DNA of 64,000 nt, taken from positions 39,556,001 to 39,620,000 of the forward strand of contig OZ024753.1 in the NCBI GenBank assembly GCA_964016885.1, given 5' to 3'. Made by a program: the position numbers and the translations under genes. Each line of letters opens with the position of its first letter. Positions within the stretch are counted from its first letter, which is position 1. The notes beneath the pieces were generated by a model. That model worked only from the letters and a program-made list of their open reading frames with translations. It was not told the origin of the DNA and did no database searches. Source of the DNA: Eledone cirrhosa (Eukaryota). Shown here piece after piece: positions 58,459-64,000 of this stretch.

Positions 58459-59499
58459 ATGATAATAAGATTACTAGTAGTAAAAGAGTTTTGTTAAAAT
58501 GCTTATTGTTGAAGTATGACTATAATTATATTTCTGTATATCTGAGATGTGTTATTTCTGTATAGATAATTGCATTTCTCTATAGATAATTACATTTCTG
58601 TAGAGATAATTACATTTTTCATAGCTAATTATGTTTCTGTGTTTTTGAGATGATGTAAAGTCTTACAAAGTGGCTTGAGAGATAGCACAGACGACTAAAA
58701 GAATTTGGTATCAAGTCCCACCTTTGCAAGCAGGGAAAAGCAGGCGTAAAATGATGATGATGATGTTAAGCTGTTCAAATATTTGCTATTTTTTGTTGAT
58801 ATCTTTAGGGCCAATCATCTTCATCATTTGCATTTAGTGTCCATTTTCTCACGCTAGCATGGGTTAGGTGAGTTGTCCCATTGTGAGAAGAACTCTTGTC
58901 AGATGACTATGTCTTACTCATACAGAACTGCTTCTGGCTTGGTTTCTACAGCTGGATGCCCTTCCTAATGTCAACCACATTTACAATGTGGACTGGATGC
59001 TTATTATTGTGGCACCAAAATTAATACTTCATAGTGAGAATTGGGTGCTGTTTGTTGTGGCTCCAAATGGCTACTTTACAGTGTGGACCTTTTGTCATGG
59101 TTGCAAACGACCACTTTACAGTCATATACATAGTTCCAACTGCCAAGTGAACTTGGCTGTAAATAGGTACCTTTCTTTTTTTTAACGATCGACAATATCC
59201 CAGAGCTCACTCACTAACTGAGTGAGGTTGAATTTGTCAAATCGGACCAAGGAAACAACGTTTCCATTGGTTTATCCACTGCTGATACTGCCTACTGTGT
59301 GTAGCTCCTGGCAGAAAGAGCAATATGTAATAAAGTGTCTTTTTCGTGCTACACCAGCCTCTCTTTCACCTTATTCCACCACCCCAGCTTCTCTTTCACA
59401 AATATTCAACTTGTGCCTCACCACCAGCCTCCCTTTCACAAATGCTCTCTTTCACAAATGCTCACTCTGTGCTACACCAGCCTCACTTTCAACTTATGT

Positions 59500-60730
59500 C
59501 ACAGCAGCCTCTCTTTCGCAAAAGATCACTCTGTGCTACACCAGCCTCATTTTTGATATGTGCCACCCTAGCCCCTCTTTCACAAATGCTCACTTTCGAC
59601 TTGTCCCGCACCAGCCTCACTTTCAACTTGTGCCACACCAGCCTCATTTTTGACATGTGCCACCCTAGGCCCTCTTTCACAAATGCTCACTTTCGACTTG
59701 TTCCGCACCAGCCTCACTTTCAACTTGTGCTACACCAGCCTCATTTTTGACATGTGCCACCCTAGCCCCTCTTTCACAAATGCTCACTTTCGACTTGTCC
59801 CGCACCAGCCTCACTTTCAACTTGTGCCACACCAGCCTCATTTTTGACATGTGCCACCCTAGGCCCCTCTTTCACAAATGCTCACTTTCGACTTGTTTCC
59901 GCACCAGCCTCACTTTCAACTTGTGCCACACTAGCCTCATTTTTGACATGTGCCACCCTAGGCCCCTCTTTCACAAATGCTCACTTTCGACTTGTCCCGC
60001 ACCAGCCTCACTTTCAACTTGTGCTACACCAGCCTCATTTTTGACATGTGCCACCCTAGGCCCCTCTTTCACAAATGCTCACTTTCGACTTGTCCCGCAC
60101 CAGCCTCACTTTCAACTTGTGCTACACCAGCCTCATTTTTGACATGTGCCACCCTAGGCCCCTCTTTCACAAATGCTCACTTTCGACTTGTTTCCGCACC
60201 AGCCTCACTTTCAACTTGTGCCACACCAGCCTCATTTTTGACATGTGCCACCCTAGCCCCTCTTTCACAAATGCTCACTTTCGACTTGTTTCCGCACCAG
60301 CCTCACTTTCAACTTGTGCCACACCAGCCTCATTTTTGACATGTGCCACCCTAGGCCCCTCTTTCACAAATGCTCACTTTCGACTTGTCCCGCACCAGCC
60401 TCACTTTCAACTTGTGCCACACTAGCCTCATTTTTGACATGTGCCACCCTAGGCCCTCTTTCACAAATGCTCACTTTCGACTTGTTTCCGCACCAGCCTC
60501 ACTTTCAACTTGTGCCACACCAGCCTCATTTTTGACATGTGCCACCCTAGGCCCCTCTTTCACAAATGCTCACTTTCGACTTGTCCCGCACCAGCCTCAC
60601 TTTCAACTTGTGCTACACCAGCCTCATTTTTGACATGTGCCACCCTAGGCCCCTCTTTCACAAATGCTCACTTTCGACTTGTCCCGCACCAGCCTCACTT
60701 TCAACTTGTGCCACACTAGCCTCCCTCTTA
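59500..60730. repeat. 97-99-bp satellite, ~12 copies, with degenerate precursor units from ~59345
   Basis: CCTCTTTCACAAATGCTCACTTTCGACTTG..CCGCACCAGCCTCACTTTCAACTTGTGC.ACACCAGCCTCATTTTTGACATGTGCCACCCTAG. Confidence 0.96.
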
Positions 60731-60997
60731 CAAATACTCTCTCTCTGTGCCTAGTGAACACTCACATAAAATCAATATCGATGACATTGATATCAATCGG
60801 CAGCTGTGTGCGACATATGGAAGACTGTAACAAGAACAAGAAAGTAGAAGTATTAAGGCAAACTCCACTGAGATTTTCTCAGGGAGCAACTTAAGCTGCT
60901 GACTGTCAATTTGAAATACATCTGTTTCTTCATCGAAGTATGTTTAACTATTGGACATCTCCTCGCCACCGGACATCTCCTCACCACCCATGATCAC

Positions 60998-61179
60998 ATA
61001 ACTTAAACATAGCTTTATTTAGCACACACTCTCTTTCTCTCTCTCTCTCTCTTAACTTAAACATAGCTTTATTTAGCATACTCTTTCTCTCTCTGTCTCT
61101 TTCTCTCTCTCTCTCTCTCTTTCTTTCTCTCTGTCTCTTTCTCTCTCTCTCTTAACTTAATCATAGCTTTATTTAGCAC

Positions 61180-61213
<34 letters not shown>

Positions 61214-61489
61214 CTTAAACATAGCTTTATTTAGCATACTCTGTCTCTTTCTCTCTCTCTTTCTTTCTCTCTGTCTCTTTCTCTCTCTCTCTTAACTTAA
61301 TCATAGCTTTATTTAGCACACCCTCTCTTTCTCTCTCTGTCTGTTTGTCTGTCTCTCTCTCTCTGTTTGTTTGTCTGTCTCTCTTAACTTAAACATAGCT
61401 TTATTAAGCACACTCTCTTTCTCTCTCTCTCTCTCTCTCTGTTTGTCTGTCTCTCTCTCTCTGTCTCTTAACTTAAACATAGCTTAGCA

Positions 61490-61522
<33 letters not shown>

Positions 61523-61580
61523 AACTTAAACATAGCTTAGCACTCTCTCTCTCTTAACTTAAACATACCTTTATTTAGTA
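60998..61580. repeat. Composite repeat TAACTTAAACATAGCTTTATTTAGCAC+(CT)n, ~9 copies
   Basis: direct reading. Confidence 0.9.
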
Positions 61581-62258
61581 CTTTCTCTCTTTCTCTCTCT
61601 CTCTGTCTCTCTCTCACTCTCTCTCTCTCTCTTAATCACTCAATTGCAAACAAAAAATAAAAATTTGAAATTCTTATTATTTTATTATTTTATTATTATT
61701 GTTGTTGTTATCATTTTATAATTGTTTTATTATTTTTTTATTATTATCGTTATCAATTTTATTTTTATTATTATTATTATCATTATTGTTGTTGTTTTTA
61801 CATATTATTTCTTTCTCTCTTTTCCCAACCTCTCCATCGTCACAGTCTCCCCACCCTCTGTCACCTCTCCATCGCCACTGTCTACCCCATCCTCCACCCC
61901 CATCTTGTCTCCTCTTCTCACTTCCTCTCTCTCTCTCTCTCTCTCTGTTTCCAACCATTTCTCATCTCTTCTTAAATATCTTTGTATTTCTTGTTCTGCC
62001 AAAGAAAACCAGATGTCAACTATAAGATTTATTTTAATTGGAACTTTTATCCTCTTGATAAGAACATTATTTTCTGGCTCATGGAGGAATCACCGTTATA
62101 TAGCAGGATACAGTTTTATATATTTATATATATAAGTATTGAGCAGCTATTGTTGTTGCTGTTGTTGCTGCTGTTGTTATTGCTGTTGCTGCCTTCTATT
62201 TTCTGGTTCATGGAGGAATCACCGTTATATAACAGGATACAGTTTTATATATATATCT

Positions 62259-62656
<398 letters not shown>

Positions 62657-62694
62657 ATATTAATAAATGGAAACTATATTTATAAAACCATATT

Positions 62695-62760
62695 TATTTT
62701 ATTATACATATTTCAAGGGCAACCAAGGCAAATTATGGTGCGCTTTCATCAGATAAAATA
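62695..62760 (-). ncRNA. Hammerhead motif (family B) in the left arm of a 131-bp inverted repeat
   Basis: minus: TATTTTAT-CTGATGA-AAGcgcacca...tggttgccCTT-GAAA-T-atgt-ATA^ATAAAATA. Confidence 0.8.
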
Positions 62761-62859
62761 CAGATTTGTTTTATAAATAAATATTGACATACCCGGAAAA
62801 AAAGACAACCTTTATGCTTGGAGCTTCCTGGATAGTCATTTATTTATAAAACAAATCTG

Positions 62860-62925
62860 TATTTTATCTGATGAAAGTGCACCATAATTTGCCTTGGTTG
62901 CCCTTGAAATATGTATAATAAAATA
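62860..62925 (+). ncRNA. Hammerhead motif (family B) in the right arm of a 131-bp inverted repeat
   Basis: TATTTTAT-CTGATGA(62868)-AAGtgcacca...tggttgccCTT-GAAA(62906)-T-atgt-ATA^(62917)ATAAAATA; perfect 8-bp stem I. Confidence 0.82.
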
Positions 62926-63142
62926 AATATGGTTTTATAAATATAGTTTCCATTTATTAATATATTGTGTATTTACTCCACTTAATTGTTGAGTGCTTTA
63001 TATCAGTTATAAAAATGTTTAAGCTTGTTGAATCCCAACAAATTAAATATAACCTCTGCATATATATATATACACAGATATTTACACATATATATCTACG
63101 TATAGATATATGTATATATATGTGTGTATATATTTATATATT

Positions 63143-63174
<32 letters not shown>

Positions 63175-63583
63175 AAAGTATTTAGCAGCTATCATTGTTA
63201 CAATTCCTGCTGTTGTTGCTATTTCTACTGTTGTAGCTATTGTTGCATGCTATCAAGTACATTATCATGGCACAAGCACTAGAAATGTCTTTGTCACAGC
63301 TACAGAGTCCCCTTCTCCTTGCAACCCTTTCTTTGGCCATTGTTCTATGACTAGATACCCTTCCTATCACCCACCACTTTACAGTGTTTACAGGGTTTTT
63401 TTTATCCTGTAGATCAGCAACTCTAAAAAGTAATCCTGCCCTTGGCACAACTAAAGATTCCCTTGAGGCCATGTTTTTTGGCATGGTGTTTTTGTTTTTT
63501 TCATGGGGGATATAATTATTTCTGATCATTAATTTTAATTAGTTTAATTAATTATTATTTTTTTTTTTTTTAATTCTTTCCAG

Positions 63584-63714
63584 CCAAAAATTTTGATGCT
63601 GCCAAACATTTCAACACCCATCCATCTCTCGTTAATCGTAGACACAACAGAATCAAATTTGACCAATTACAACAGATGGATATTGGAGCTGGCTTAGATG
63701 AAGAAACAGTTCAA
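63584..63714 (+). CDS. UTP11: UTP11 coding exon 6 (AKNFDAAKHFNTHPSLVNRRHNRIKFDQLQQMDIGAGLDEETVQ); gene continues past the window
   Basis: TTCCAG acceptor, GTAGGT donor; FDxAxHxxTxPxLVxRxxNR motif; phase matches exon 5. Confidence 0.93.
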
Positions 63715-63744
63715 GTAGGTTCCTTATTGTTATTGTTACAATAG

Positions 63745-64000
63745 GCTAGTGGATTGGCAGTAGAATCAGTGGAGCGTCAGACAACATGCTTTCCAGCATA
63801 GAGTTTATGACTGCTTACATTCTGAGTTCAAATCCTGCTAAGATTAGCTTTGCCTTTCATTCTTATCATCATCATCATCATCATCATCAGGTTTAGCGTC
63901 CGTGTTCCACGCTTGCATGGGTTTGGACGGGGGTTTTCCCACTTGAGGCAAGAGTGGTTGTCTTGCTCGCATAGGACTGTCTGGCGGGTTTTCTACAGCT
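63745..64000. mobile_element. Family-1 SINE 5' part (+) followed by a (CAT)n-tailed family-3 repeat (-)
   Basis: GTGGATTGGCAG head and B-box; (CAT)n + TTTAGCGTCCGTGTTCCACGCTTGCATGGG also seen at 58820, 50420, 45180 and, reversed, at 49940-50140. Confidence 0.7.

Overview
Eukaryotic, very repeat-rich DNA with huge (TA)n/(CA)n/(CCA)n tracts, tRNA-derived SINEs, LINE fragments, MITEs and minisatellites. The repeat landscape looks cephalopod/octopus-like, which is an inference. Almost all ORFs in the supplied track are microsatellite artefacts. One real gene can be assembled by hand: six GT-AG exons of UTP11 (U3 snoRNP/SSU processome protein) on the + strand, 36715-63714, giving 189 aa, with the 3' exons beyond the window. 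There are also one or two orphan exon candidates on the - strand. The main hidden system is a set of about 9 recognisable type-I hammerhead ribozyme motifs (CUGAUGA...GAAA...NUH), plus degenerate or half copies, from at least four sequence families. All sit in short unique islands next to (TA)n microsatellites. Several occur as back-to-back inverted pairs or fold-back palindromes, and several carry a TTGAGTRC motif in a one-sided extension. This resembles pLTR remnants of Penelope-like retroelements or retrozymes that target TA microsatellites. Ribozyme activity is predicted from the fold, not demonstrated.
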